Origin: a virus
DNA: 64,000 nucleotides
Virus record (IMG/VR): IMGVR_UViG_3300025012_000056
Strand: one strand, 5' to 3'
Shown: positions 48,719 to 57,486 of the stretch, piece by piece
Layout: the number at the start of each line of letters is the position of its first letter
How positions within the stretch are numbered: the first letter of the stretch is position 1
The notes under the pieces: generated by a model
The model's database searches: none
What the model saw: the letters and a program-made list of their open reading frames with translations, nothing else
Told to the model about the DNA's origin: nothing
Made by a program: the position numbers and the translations under genes

Positions 48719-49353
48719 GACATAATCCATACAAAATAGTTCAAATGTTTGAAGAAGAGATAGCAAATTATACTGGCGCTCCCTATGCGGTATCTGTAGA
48801 CAGTTGTACTAATGCATTATTCCTTTGTTGTAGATTTTTAAATGTTAAATGGGTTACAATACCAAGTAAGACATATCTTTCAGTTCCGCAATCTATTATG
48901 CACGCTGGGGGAAGTGTTATTTTTGATAAAAGAGAAATAACAAATAATTGGAAGGGAATATACCAATTGTTACCATATGGTATATGGGATGCTGCTAAGA
49001 GATTTACATTTAATATGTATTCTCAAAATACTGCACCGGGAGACTTTATGTGTTTATCATTTCATATGAAAAAGCATTTGAAGATAGGCAAAGGGGGTAT
49101 GATTCTTACAGATAACGAGAAAGCTGTTGCGTGGTTTAAGAAGGCGAGATACGAAGGAAGAAGTCAAAAGATGTATCATGAAGATGATATTGATATGTTA
49201 GGATGGAATATGTATATGACTCCTCAACAAGCAGCTCATGGTTTAGCATTAATGCAAAATATTGAAAAATATAATGATGACTTGGGTGAAAACAATGGTT
49301 ATAGAGATCTTACAGAATTTACAATATTTAAAAATAATCAAACAATCGAATGA
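48715..49353 (+). CDS. DegT/DnrJ/EryC1/StrS-like PLP sugar aminotransferase, short form
   Basis: AVSVDSCTNAL, IWDAA, SFHMKKHL (PLP lysine), GKGGMILTD. Confidence 0.8.
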   Translation: MRHNPYKIVQMFEEEIANYTGAPYAVSVDSCTNALFLCCRFLNVKWVTIPSKTYLSVPQSIMHAGGSVIFDKREITNNWKGIYQLLPYGIWDAAKRFTFNMYSQNTAPGDFMCLSFHMKKHLKIGKGGMILTDNEKAVAWFKKARYEGRSQKMYHEDDIDMLGWNMYMTPQQAAHGLALMQNIEKYNDDLGENNGYRDLTEFTIFKNNQTIE

Positions 49354-50093
49354 TTGAATTAACAGTTGCTCTTCCATTATTTAATAGCGGAAAAATCGCT
49401 TGGTTGGCATTAGAGGGATTATGCAATCAGAGAGATATTGATTTTGAATGGGAATTAGTGATTGCGGAAGAACAAAATGATTTAATGTTTGGAAAAGAGG
49501 GGATTTTAGAATATAAAGAAAGATTGGAGAGGATTGGATGTGTAAATATAACATATTTATATTTAATAAGGTGGATTTCTTTGGGAGAGAAATGGAGATT
49601 GATAGCGATTAATACTAATGCAAATTCAAAAGCATTTCTTTTACAGGCTTCTGATTGTTATTCTCAACCATTTAGATTAAAGGCAGTATATCAAGCGATT
49701 GTTAAGAGTGATTTTGATTGGTATAAAAGTAATCAGGGATTATTTTATCATTTAAAAACAAAGAAAAATATTTTGTTTAGTGATGTAGAGAACATACAAA
49801 GAGGTGGATTAAATATGGCCACATTGACAAAATATGTTAAAAATTTACCATTAGAACAAAGAAGAGCAGTGGTCGATGGTTGGTTATATAAGTATTGTAA
49901 TCCCAAAAAGGTTTTTGTAGATATAGCGGATTATTGGGAATTGGGGGTTGATACTCATGGATTAAACCAAATTTCCTTAAAAAGAGATAAGTTTTTTAGG
50001 AATCCCACATTTCCGTTTGTAGAAACAGAATTAAATTGTAGAACATTATTGCCAGAATATATAATTCAGAAGTTTGATGATTTATTATTTTAA
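49350..50093 (+). CDS. GT-A (GT2-like) glycosyltransferase
   Basis: LTVALPLFN, WELVIAEE, FLLQASDC in place of DxD. Confidence 0.6.
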   Translation: MIELTVALPLFNSGKIAWLALEGLCNQRDIDFEWELVIAEEQNDLMFGKEGILEYKERLERIGCVNITYLYLIRWISLGEKWRLIAINTNANSKAFLLQASDCYSQPFRLKAVYQAIVKSDFDWYKSNQGLFYHLKTKKNILFSDVENIQRGGLNMATLTKYVKNLPLEQRRAVVDGWLYKYCNPKKVFVDIADYWELGVDTHGLNQISLKRDKFFRNPTFPFVETELNCRTLLPEYIIQKFDDLLF

Positions 50094-50610
50094 GCCATTT
50101 GATTTGGACAAGAAGTTGGGGCGAGCATATAATGAATATATGCGAATGCTTCCAAGTGATGAAGATTGGGGTTGTCTTTTAGATGGTGATACTATGTTCC
50201 TTACAGAGGATTATGGAAAACAAATTCAAGAAATTGTAATGATGTACCCAAATACAGGGTTATTTACTTGTTTAACAAATAGGGTTGGTAGAAGGCAACA
50301 ATGTTATAAAGGAGTTATGTCGGAGAATTGGGATATCAAACATCATTATCAAATCGCTCAAGAGGTTCAAAAATTTGCTCGTCACAACGTGTCTGAGATA
50401 CATACTATAATCAGTGGGCACTTATTATTAGTTAAAAAAAAAACATGGCGAGAAGTAGGAGGATTTGTTGAGGAAGGCATTTTAAAAGTAGATAATAAAT
50501 TTAGTTGGGGGATTTTACAAGCGAGGAAGAAGATACTAATAATGAATGGCGTTTATATTTTTCACCGTTACAGAATTAATGGAATTAAATTTAGAGAACA
50601 TTTAAAATGA
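50077..50610 (+). CDS. GT-A (GT2-like) glycosyltransferase
   Basis: LGRAYN, CLLDGD (DxD), SGHLLLV, GGFVE. Confidence 0.7.
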   Translation: MIYYFKPFDLDKKLGRAYNEYMRMLPSDEDWGCLLDGDTMFLTEDYGKQIQEIVMMYPNTGLFTCLTNRVGRRQQCYKGVMSENWDIKHHYQIAQEVQKFARHNVSEIHTIISGHLLLVKKKTWREVGGFVEEGILKVDNKFSWGILQARKKILIMNGVYIFHRYRINGIKFREHLK

Positions 50611-50787
50611 GTATAGATCGTACAATATTGTATATAGTCAAGCCATGAATGCGGTTTTTCGATTGGGAGAATATTTGAATAGGTTGATAAATAGTGAAGA
50701 AAGTAAGAAGACAATGAGTGAGGAAAAATTTAATAAAATAAGAGAATCTTTAGAATTGTCTAAGAAGATAATGAATAATTTAAAGTA

Positions 50788-51525
50788 ATGCAAGAAATTG
50801 ATGTTGTATATCCGGTTGGTATTGGGAGCATCTGGAAAGACAATGAAATGCGTTATTCCTTGAGGAGTTTGGAAAAGAACTTGATAGGATTAAGAAATGT
50901 ATTTATTGTCGGCCATCTCCCTCAGTTCATTCAAAGAGTTATTCACATTCCAGCAGCGGATATATACAGAGAGAACAAAGATGCAAATTTAATAATGAAG
51001 ATTTTGATGGCTTGTGATCATCCATCTTTATCAGAAAATTTTGTAAGACTCAGTGATGATCAATTAGTTTTGAAACCAATTTGTGAGGAATGTTTTGAGA
51101 ATTGGTGGTATGAGGATTTAAAAGATAGACATTTTGGTCGTTTAAATAATTGGGGAAAGAGACTTAAGAATACTTATAATTTGTTAAAACAACAAGGTCT
51201 CCCAACAAAGAATTATGATTCACACATTCCAATGATTTATAATAAGAAGAGTTTTGTAGATATAATGAATCGTTATCCTTGGAATAAAGATGGAAGCGGG
51301 GAAGGATTTACAATAAATACATTATATTTTAATAATATTTATAAAGGCGAGAGAGTCAAAGAAGGAATAAGATTTAATGTTGAAACACCATTAGATAAAG
51401 CCACTCTTCAGCGAGGATTTGAAAAAAATATGTTTTTAGGATATGATGAAAGAGGAAGAAATAATGAGTTGGAAGAAGTAATTCAAGAGGCGTTTCTTCA
51501 AAAAAGCAAATATGAAATTGATTAA
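50788..51525 (+). CDS. Stealth-like hexose-1-phosphate transferase
   Basis: IDVVY (CR1-like), EMRYSLRSLEKN...NVFIV (CR2-like), FVRLSDD, HIPM. Confidence 0.7.
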   Translation: MQEIDVVYPVGIGSIWKDNEMRYSLRSLEKNLIGLRNVFIVGHLPQFIQRVIHIPAADIYRENKDANLIMKILMACDHPSLSENFVRLSDDQLVLKPICEECFENWWYEDLKDRHFGRLNNWGKRLKNTYNLLKQQGLPTKNYDSHIPMIYNKKSFVDIMNRYPWNKDGSGEGFTINTLYFNNIYKGERVKEGIRFNVETPLDKATLQRGFEKNMFLGYDERGRNNELEEVIQEAFLQKSKYEID

Positions 51526-51779
51526 ACACAGTTATTATATATAATTGGATAAATGGAAAAGTTCTTTGAGTTCAACATTGATAATAAATAAGTGTAAAAA
51601 AAATCCTGATAAAACAATTGAAAAGGTTGTTAAACAGGTAAAACAATTCTTGTAGTCGTATAGTGTCTTTTGTAATTGTTGGGATTATAATGCGCATAAT
51701 CAAGTGATCGCGCATACCAGTCGCTTCGGTAACTGCAGAACCCGTGGCTAATACAATAAACCGTCCATCCCGATGTTGA

Positions 51780-51896
51780 ATGAAAAGAACTTTAAATTTG
51801 GCTTTGTTTGTTTCCTTAATAGTTTGCTCATGGTTAGTAGGTTGTTCGGAAGATGCCCAGAAAATGGGGCATTTTTCATTGGTTCTAATATGTTAA
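51780..51896 (+). pseudogene. 38-codon lipoprotein-signal ORF: micro-lipoprotein or truncated remnant
   Basis: MKRTLNLALFVSLIVCSWLVG-CSEDAQK followed by an early TAA. Confidence 0.35.
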
Positions 51897-51927
51897 TTTA
51901 CAGTGTATAATAAAGTATTTTGGTGAT

Positions 51928-51966
51928 GATTTTGAGATTGGAGAAAATAGACCGTAATTAGCTGCA
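51928..51966 (+). promoter_or_regulatory. Second copy of the bipartite promoter motif
   Basis: gattttgagatt-N15-taattagctgca; same spacing as 9543. Confidence 0.55.
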
Positions 51967-51992
51967 TAATTCATTATTAAAACCAAAATAAA

Positions 51993-52511
51993 ATGAGCAA
52001 AGCGTATCAATTGAAAGCCATAGAGGTCAACTCTGGCATAGAATGCACAAACTTGTGCATTATTAGCAACCCAAAGAAAACCATAGAAGAGGTCAAAGCA
52101 TTAACCCCTAAGTTGATAGGACAAAGAAGAAAGTTAAAATGGAAAGGATATGTTTGTCCGAAGACAAAAAAGATTCAGTTTACTTCTTTTGCGGGCAAAT
52201 TCCTTTTGGTTATTTCTTCAGCTAACAGTGAACGACCAATCATACCTTTTATTAAAAGGGAAATTGAGGGCAGACGTCCAACCGAGGACAAATTCAAGCC
52301 AAATCCTGATAAGTATAGACATATAATGTTTGTATTGAAAGACAAGGTTCTTTACTGGAATCCGGTTGCTGGGAAATGGCACTCAACAAAGACCGCTATT
52401 CCTGTAAGCATTTCCCAGGAAATGTTTAATGCAGTTAAGGCGAAGTTTGGAAAGAATGTGGTTATGACTGATTATTGTAAGACCGATGAATATTTAAAGA
52501 TTGTAAACTAA
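51993..52511 (+). CDS. Hypothetical basic protein
   Basis: 172 aa downstream of the promoter motif. Confidence 0.6.
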   Translation: MSKAYQLKAIEVNSGIECTNLCIISNPKKTIEEVKALTPKLIGQRRKLKWKGYVCPKTKKIQFTSFAGKFLLVISSANSERPIIPFIKREIEGRRPTEDKFKPNPDKYRHIMFVLKDKVLYWNPVAGKWHSTKTAIPVSISQEMFNAVKAKFGKNVVMTDYCKTDEYLKIVN

Positions 52512-52528
52512 CATAGGAGAACAAAGCA

Positions 52529-52852
52529 ATGAGTGCAAAATTCGTAAAAGGTATTGGGATCGTCAAAAAATTAGACGATGTACCAAAGATTTTAATGGTT
52601 AAGAAAGAAGTTGCAAATGAGGAATGGTGTAAACATTTACCAACTCCATTAAAAGAAGGTGAGAAGGTTGTTGTTAAAGCGACGAGAATGGATAGCTTAT
52701 TTAACATGGGTATTCAAGTCAAACACGGAAATGGAATAAAAGGATTGAGTTGGTTTCATCATACCCATTTCGCTGATGTGTTCGGTCATCAATTAAAAAT
52801 TATTTTGGGAGAATTGTATATTCTCATTAAAGCAAAAAGGATTGTAAAATGA
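52529..52852 (+). CDS. Hypothetical protein
   Basis: 107 aa with an AGGAG-containing leader duplicated at 10274. Confidence 0.6.
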   Translation: MSAKFVKGIGIVKKLDDVPKILMVKKEVANEEWCKHLPTPLKEGEKVVVKATRMDSLFNMGIQVKHGNGIKGLSWFHHTHFADVFGHQLKIILGELYILIKAKRIVK

Positions 52853-53070
52853 ATGATAATCTCTTTTTGTTTCTTGAAGAAACGTCCGCCATAGGTGGGA
52901 AGTTTCTCCCATTTAAAATGGATGATTTTGGCAAATATCCTTTGAGAGTATCATTAGATATAATATGCCGGTTGTTAAGGCCAGAAGAAGCCAGGGAGGT
53001 GTTGAAAGATTTTTTACCGTTATTTACAGATAAAAAATTTAAGACTTTATACGGGTCTGTAAACAACTAA
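52849..53070 (+). CDS. Hypothetical protein
   Basis: 73 aa, ATGA overlap. Confidence 0.5.
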   Translation: MNDNLFLFLEETSAIGGKFLPFKMDDFGKYPLRVSLDIICRLLRPEEAREVLKDFLPLFTDKKFKTLYGSVNN

Positions 53071-53176
53071 AACAAACCAAAAGATCCTTCCAGAGAAGTG
53101 ACTTCTGGTGAACAGCAATATAAGCGTATGGTTTAGCATAAAACAACGTTAAATTAAAGAAAAATTGTAAATTTGA

Positions 53177-53440
53177 ATGCCACTGAAGAAGCAAAATAAT
53201 TTCTTTGAGGATTGGTCTAAAGCAATTAAGAGCATTGGGAAAGGTGAGGGAATCAAATGTAGAGTGGCCTGTAATACTAAATGCGTTAAGTGCGATGCAT
53301 GCGAGCCAGAAATGGTATTGGTTGGAATAATTCCTTTTTGTGGAAAATGTTGGTCTAAATATATTAAGAAAGATGAAATATCTTTGAAGTTGTATCATGT
53401 ATGGTTGAAGATTTGGAACAAGAAAATTGGTAATGTATAA
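53177..53440 (+). CDS. Cys-rich hypothetical protein
   Basis: CNTKCVKCDAC...CGKCW. Confidence 0.55.
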   Translation: MPLKKQNNFFEDWSKAIKSIGKGEGIKCRVACNTKCVKCDACEPEMVLVGIIPFCGKCWSKYIKKDEISLKLYHVWLKIWNKKIGNV

Positions 53441-53468
53441 ATGTGTGTTAAAATAAAAGAAAATTGTT

Positions 53469-54125
53469 ATGAAAAATTTAATTTTAGTTGCTTTTGCCAT
53501 ATTATTAATGGCGAGTTGTAAAAAAGAAGATGTGTCTCCCGATCCGCAAAATGGGATTGATACAGTTTCTCCAATAATTACAATAATTGGTGATAATCCA
53601 TTAATTGTAAAACAGTTTGATGCTTACAATGATCCTGGAGCGATAGCAATAGATGCTATTGATGGAGAATGTATTGTGGATATTTCAGGACATGTAAATA
53701 TTGATTCTGCAAAGGAATATGTTGTAATTTATTCTGCAAGCGATTTGAGTGGAAATAGCAAAAACATATCAAGAACAGTAATTGTTTCAGGAGCCAAATA
53801 TTTATCAGGAAGTTATATTGTAAGCGATTATCAAAGTGGAATATTAGTAATGTCTTACTATGATTCTATTCGGGGAGATTTAAACAACCATAACAAGATA
53901 TGGTTTAAGAAATTTGCAGGATATCAAAACGCTGTAATATATGGCGACATAGTTGGGAGTAAAATAGCAATACCGTCACAAGTGGTTCTTTGTGGTAGTC
54001 CTCAAATTCAACGAACATTTCAAGGATATGGGTCTTATGTTAAAGATTCAGTTAATTTTAATATAAATTATATAGAAACAACTAATGGGAATTCAACATC
54101 TGGAATATTGAAATTTAAGAAATAA
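53469..54125 (+). CDS. Lipoprotein with DUF5011-like Ig domain
   Basis: Lipobox MAS-CKKED; PIITIIGDNP...YNDPGAIAID...YSASDLSGN. Confidence 0.8.
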   Translation: MKNLILVAFAILLMASCKKEDVSPDPQNGIDTVSPIITIIGDNPLIVKQFDAYNDPGAIAIDAIDGECIVDISGHVNIDSAKEYVVIYSASDLSGNSKNISRTVIVSGAKYLSGSYIVSDYQSGILVMSYYDSIRGDLNNHNKIWFKKFAGYQNAVIYGDIVGSKIAIPSQVVLCGSPQIQRTFQGYGSYVKDSVNFNINYIETTNGNSTSGILKFKK

Positions 54126-54146
54126 AATTGTTTAGGAGATTGTAAA

Positions 54147-55478
54147 ATGAAATTGTTATTACAAGCATTAGTTGATATCTCCAATTGCAAGGGAAGTGGC
54201 TCGAAAGAGAAACAATTGCAATTGTTGAGAGAAAATGATTCTGAGGAATTTAGAGAACTCTTACAAATAGCATTCAATCCTTACAGACCTCTACATATAG
54301 CAAAAGTTGAAGGAGCAATATTTGAAGATTTGAAGGTACATGATTGTGTATTTGAGGACTTCAAATATATTGTAGAGAAACTGGAAGGAGTGAAGGCGAT
54401 AAACGATCGCTTAAGAGGAATCGTGACTCAATTTGTGTGTACTGCGGATATTACAAAAGAACAAAGGGAGATATTAATTCAAGTGTTCTGCAAGTCATTA
54501 AACATTGGGATCGGCATAAAGACCATTAATAAAGTATATGACAAAGACTTTCTACCAGATGTCGAGCCAATGCTTGCGGAATCGGAGAATGAGGAAGTAT
54601 TGAAAAAATGGTTGAAGGAATACGGTTATTTTTATTGCGAGGAAAAGTTTGATGGTTGTCGTCTTCTCATCCCAATAGAGAAAGGAGTTGTTAGGTTCTT
54701 CACCAGAGAATTCAGAGAATTAGACACCGCATGCCTTCCGAATCTGAAGAAGTCAATTGAGGCATTACATTTAAATAACTGTTTTCTTGATGGAGAATGG
54801 ACTGATTTGAACCGGCAAACAGTTAGTGGGCGATTGAACAAGATATTGAAAGGAAATAAGGAGATACAAGATGAGGATACAATTGCTCACTTGTTTGCAA
54901 TTAATCCGTTGGAGACATTTTACAATAAGAGAAATGGTTATAGTTATGAAACAAATAGGAAGATATTGGGAAGTGAACTATTTCAAAATGTAGAAGATGA
55001 CAATCCTTGGAGAATAGTTATGGCATACAAATGTGATTCCTTAGATAGGATGAGAATGTATTATAATAGCGTTGTAAAAGCTGGCGGGGAGGGACTTATT
55101 TGTAAACGTCCGGGACACACTTACCATATGAAGCGCAGTTCCGATTGGATCAAGAAAAAAGAAGAAAACATTTGTGATTTAAGAATAATAACAACTTTCC
55201 CAGGAAAAGGGAAAAGGCTTGGAAAGATTGGGGGATTTATTTGTGAAAGCGAAGATGGTTTGTTGAAAGTAAATGTCGGCGGGGGATTCAGTGACGAGTT
55301 AATTGATAAAGTTACGAAAAGTCCAGAGAATTATAAAAAGAAGATTGTTGAGATTAAATATAACATTAAGAGTCAAGACGAAAAGGGAAATTGGTCTTTA
55401 TTTCTCCCAAGGTTAAATGGGAAAGAACCGTTCAGGATTGATAAAACTATCGCTAACAAATTGAAGGAGATAAAATAA
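54147..55478 (+). CDS. lig: ATP-dependent DNA ligase
   Basis: Motif I EEKFDG, FLDGE, EGLICK, WIKKK, C-terminal OB domain. Confidence 0.93.
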   Translation: MKLLLQALVDISNCKGSGSKEKQLQLLRENDSEEFRELLQIAFNPYRPLHIAKVEGAIFEDLKVHDCVFEDFKYIVEKLEGVKAINDRLRGIVTQFVCTADITKEQREILIQVFCKSLNIGIGIKTINKVYDKDFLPDVEPMLAESENEEVLKKWLKEYGYFYCEEKFDGCRLLIPIEKGVVRFFTREFRELDTACLPNLKKSIEALHLNNCFLDGEWTDLNRQTVSGRLNKILKGNKEIQDEDTIAHLFAINPLETFYNKRNGYSYETNRKILGSELFQNVEDDNPWRIVMAYKCDSLDRMRMYYNSVVKAGGEGLICKRPGHTYHMKRSSDWIKKKEENICDLRIITTFPGKGKRLGKIGGFICESEDGLLKVNVGGGFSDELIDKVTKSPENYKKKIVEIKYNIKSQDEKGNWSLFLPRLNGKEPFRIDKTIANKLKEIK

Positions 55479-56093
55479 GTGGATAAGACACTAATCATTT
55501 GGTTAATTGGGGGAAACTGTACTGGTAAAACAACGCAAGCCAGAGAGATACACAAATATTTTCAAAAATTGCAAACACATTCAACAAAGGAAAGAGTAAT
55601 TGAGGAAAGTAATTTTTGTTATACCAGTATGTCTGACATATCTTGCAATGCGGGAAATCTTTTGAAAAGTCAATGTTCAGGAACAGATACACTTTCTACA
55701 AAACAACAAATTGAGGATTGCATCAATTATACAAAAGACCGTTATCCAATTGTTGTAATAGAAGGTATAATGGCAACCGGACAGTGGATTCACTTTTTAA
55801 AACAGCAAGACACCATACTATTTACAGTGTTTCTTAATATGACGCCAGAAATCAATTTTAAGATGGTTTCTCAGCGTCGTGCCGCAAAGAAAGGTATTGC
55901 CCCAACTGATATACAGATCAGTCAGAAAACAAAGGAAAATATGGCTTCTAAATTACGAGGATTCTTTCTTTTATATAATAGGATGCAACCGTTATCTGAT
56001 TTTGCAATGAAGATTGACGTTGATGGGAAATCAATAAAGAAAATATTTGGCGTGATTGAGAGACAACTACAAACGATTTTACTTTCAGTCTGA
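55479..56093 (+). CDS. P-loop nucleotide kinase-like protein
   Basis: GGNCTGKT Walker A, VVIEG; GTG start immediately after the ligase stop. Confidence 0.7.
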   Translation: MDKTLIIWLIGGNCTGKTTQAREIHKYFQKLQTHSTKERVIEESNFCYTSMSDISCNAGNLLKSQCSGTDTLSTKQQIEDCINYTKDRYPIVVIEGIMATGQWIHFLKQQDTILFTVFLNMTPEINFKMVSQRRAAKKGIAPTDIQISQKTKENMASKLRGFFLLYNRMQPLSDFAMKIDVDGKSIKKIFGVIERQLQTILLSV

Positions 56094-56229
56094 AATCTTA
56101 TTTCCAAAGTTATTATAAATACATTTATTTAGTGTAAGAAGTGGGCGAAGTATTAACCAATAAAAGTAAATTAAGGAACACAGTTATTACCAATAGTACT
56201 GTAAGTAAAAATAGTTTGTTTAACTTAAA

Positions 56230-56454
56230 ATGGAGATTAAAAGAATGGCTACAACAAAATTAGTTGCGTACTGCATGAAGACCAAACAGAAGAATGTTCC
56301 TTTTGTTGGAAAACCCAAAATCATTAAGACCAGTCGTGGTTCGTATATGGTTCAGGGCGTTGATAAGGCAGGGAACAAAATGGCCACAACCGTATCTGAA
56401 GCAGTCGCAATGGCTGCAATCAAAGAAGGTGTTGCTGTAAAGAACTGGAAATAG
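56230..56454 (+). CDS. Small basic DUF5679-like protein
   Basis: AYCMKTK...KTSRGSYMVQGVDKAGNKM pattern; Lys-rich; has its own promoter motif and terminator. Confidence 0.55.
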   Translation: MEIKRMATTKLVAYCMKTKQKNVPFVGKPKIIKTSRGSYMVQGVDKAGNKMATTVSEAVAMAAIKEGVAVKNWK

Positions 56455-56480
56455 TCCGGTTGTGAGTGAATAGTTGTTAC

Positions 56481-56513
56481 GAAGTCCCATTGAAAAGTGG
56501 GACTTCTTATTTT
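56481..56513 (+). terminator. Rho-independent terminator
   Basis: gaagtccca-8nt-tgggacttc perfect 9-bp stem followed by ttatttt. Confidence 0.8.
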
Positions 56514-56520
56514 CTTCAGA

Positions 56521-57486
56521 ATGAAAGACTATAGATTATCAGAAAACAGGTGGGAAGGTTGTAAACAATACTTTAAAGAGTATGTTGAGAGCAATGATAT
56601 AAATGTTGAGGAAATAGCAATAAAGAATTTAGTAGGATTGATTGGTTTATCCAGAGAACAAATGCTCTGGTATTCGTTTTTGTATTCAATGACTCACAAT
56701 GTCTTTTCAGCTTGGTCAATTCTTTATGAATTTCCAGAATGGAATAACATAAATATGACCAAATTTGAAAGATACTGGAAGCAAGAAAAAGTTAATTTGG
56801 AATTTACAAGCGATCGTAGGAGAGTAAAGAGTTATGATCTTCCAGGAAAAATAATAGAATCATACAGAGGGTTGATGCGAGAAGGACAAGAAGAAACACT
56901 TGGGAAGTATATTGTTGAAGACGCTAATAAGAGTTATTTGAATCTGATGAAATTTTGCGGGCAATTTTATTATTACGGGAGATATTCCATTGATTTGTAT
57001 TTAGGGAAGGCAACACACTTATTGGGATTGAACGTTGCGGGAGAAACAATTAATTTCAAAGAAGCAGAGTCAATTCGCAACGGGATGTTATATGCTCTTA
57101 ATATGAACGAATATATAACAATGCATCACCAAAAACCAATTAAAGTTCTTTCTCCAGCAGATTATGAATTATTAGATTCAAAGTTAAAGAAGTTAGTGCG
57201 AGAAGTGAATCAAGAAATGGGAAGTGAATTCTCCATTTGGGATATAGGAAGCACGCTGTGTCCATATAAAAAGTTGTTTTGGGGGGATAGGTATGTAGGA
57301 TATTATATTGACCGGCAACTTGGAGAATTAAGGCGAGCAGAAGAGAAACTGAAGAATATACCGTTTGATATGTTTTGGGAATTCAGAAAGAACTATATGA
57401 ATAATAATTATTTGGGCGAGTTGAACGGGTGGAGTGATATACGGAAGCCATTACAAAAGAAATTTCAACAAACAGGAGAATTATGA
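56521..57486 (+). CDS. Amino acid:DNA transferase-like protein (aGPT-Pplase2 clade)
   Basis: WYSFLYSMTHN, FTSDRR, YGRYSIDLY, LCPYKK...RYVGYYIDR, GWSDIR. ATG at 56521, after the terminator. Confidence 0.72.
   Translation: MKDYRLSENRWEGCKQYFKEYVESNDINVEEIAIKNLVGLIGLSREQMLWYSFLYSMTHNVFSAWSILYEFPEWNNINMTKFERYWKQEKVNLEFTSDRRRVKSYDLPGKIIESYRGLMREGQEETLGKYIVEDANKSYLNLMKFCGQFYYYGRYSIDLYLGKATHLLGLNVAGETINFKEAESIRNGMLYALNMNEYITMHHQKPIKVLSPADYELLDSKLKKLVREVNQEMGSEFSIWDIGSTLCPYKKLFWGDRYVGYYIDRQLGELRRAEEKLKNIPFDMFWEFRKNYMNNNYLGELNGWSDIRKPLQKKFQQTGEL

Noticed and set aside
51572-51892. 106-codon stop-free minus-strand frame in the intergenic gap
   Set aside because: No ATG/GTG/TTG near its start (the first ATG gives only 47 aa), no recognisable motif, and it is opposite to all other genes; kept only as a remote possibility.
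53095-53115. Terminator at ccagagaagtgacttctgg
   Set aside because: The stem is imperfect with a 1-nt loop and no U-tract.
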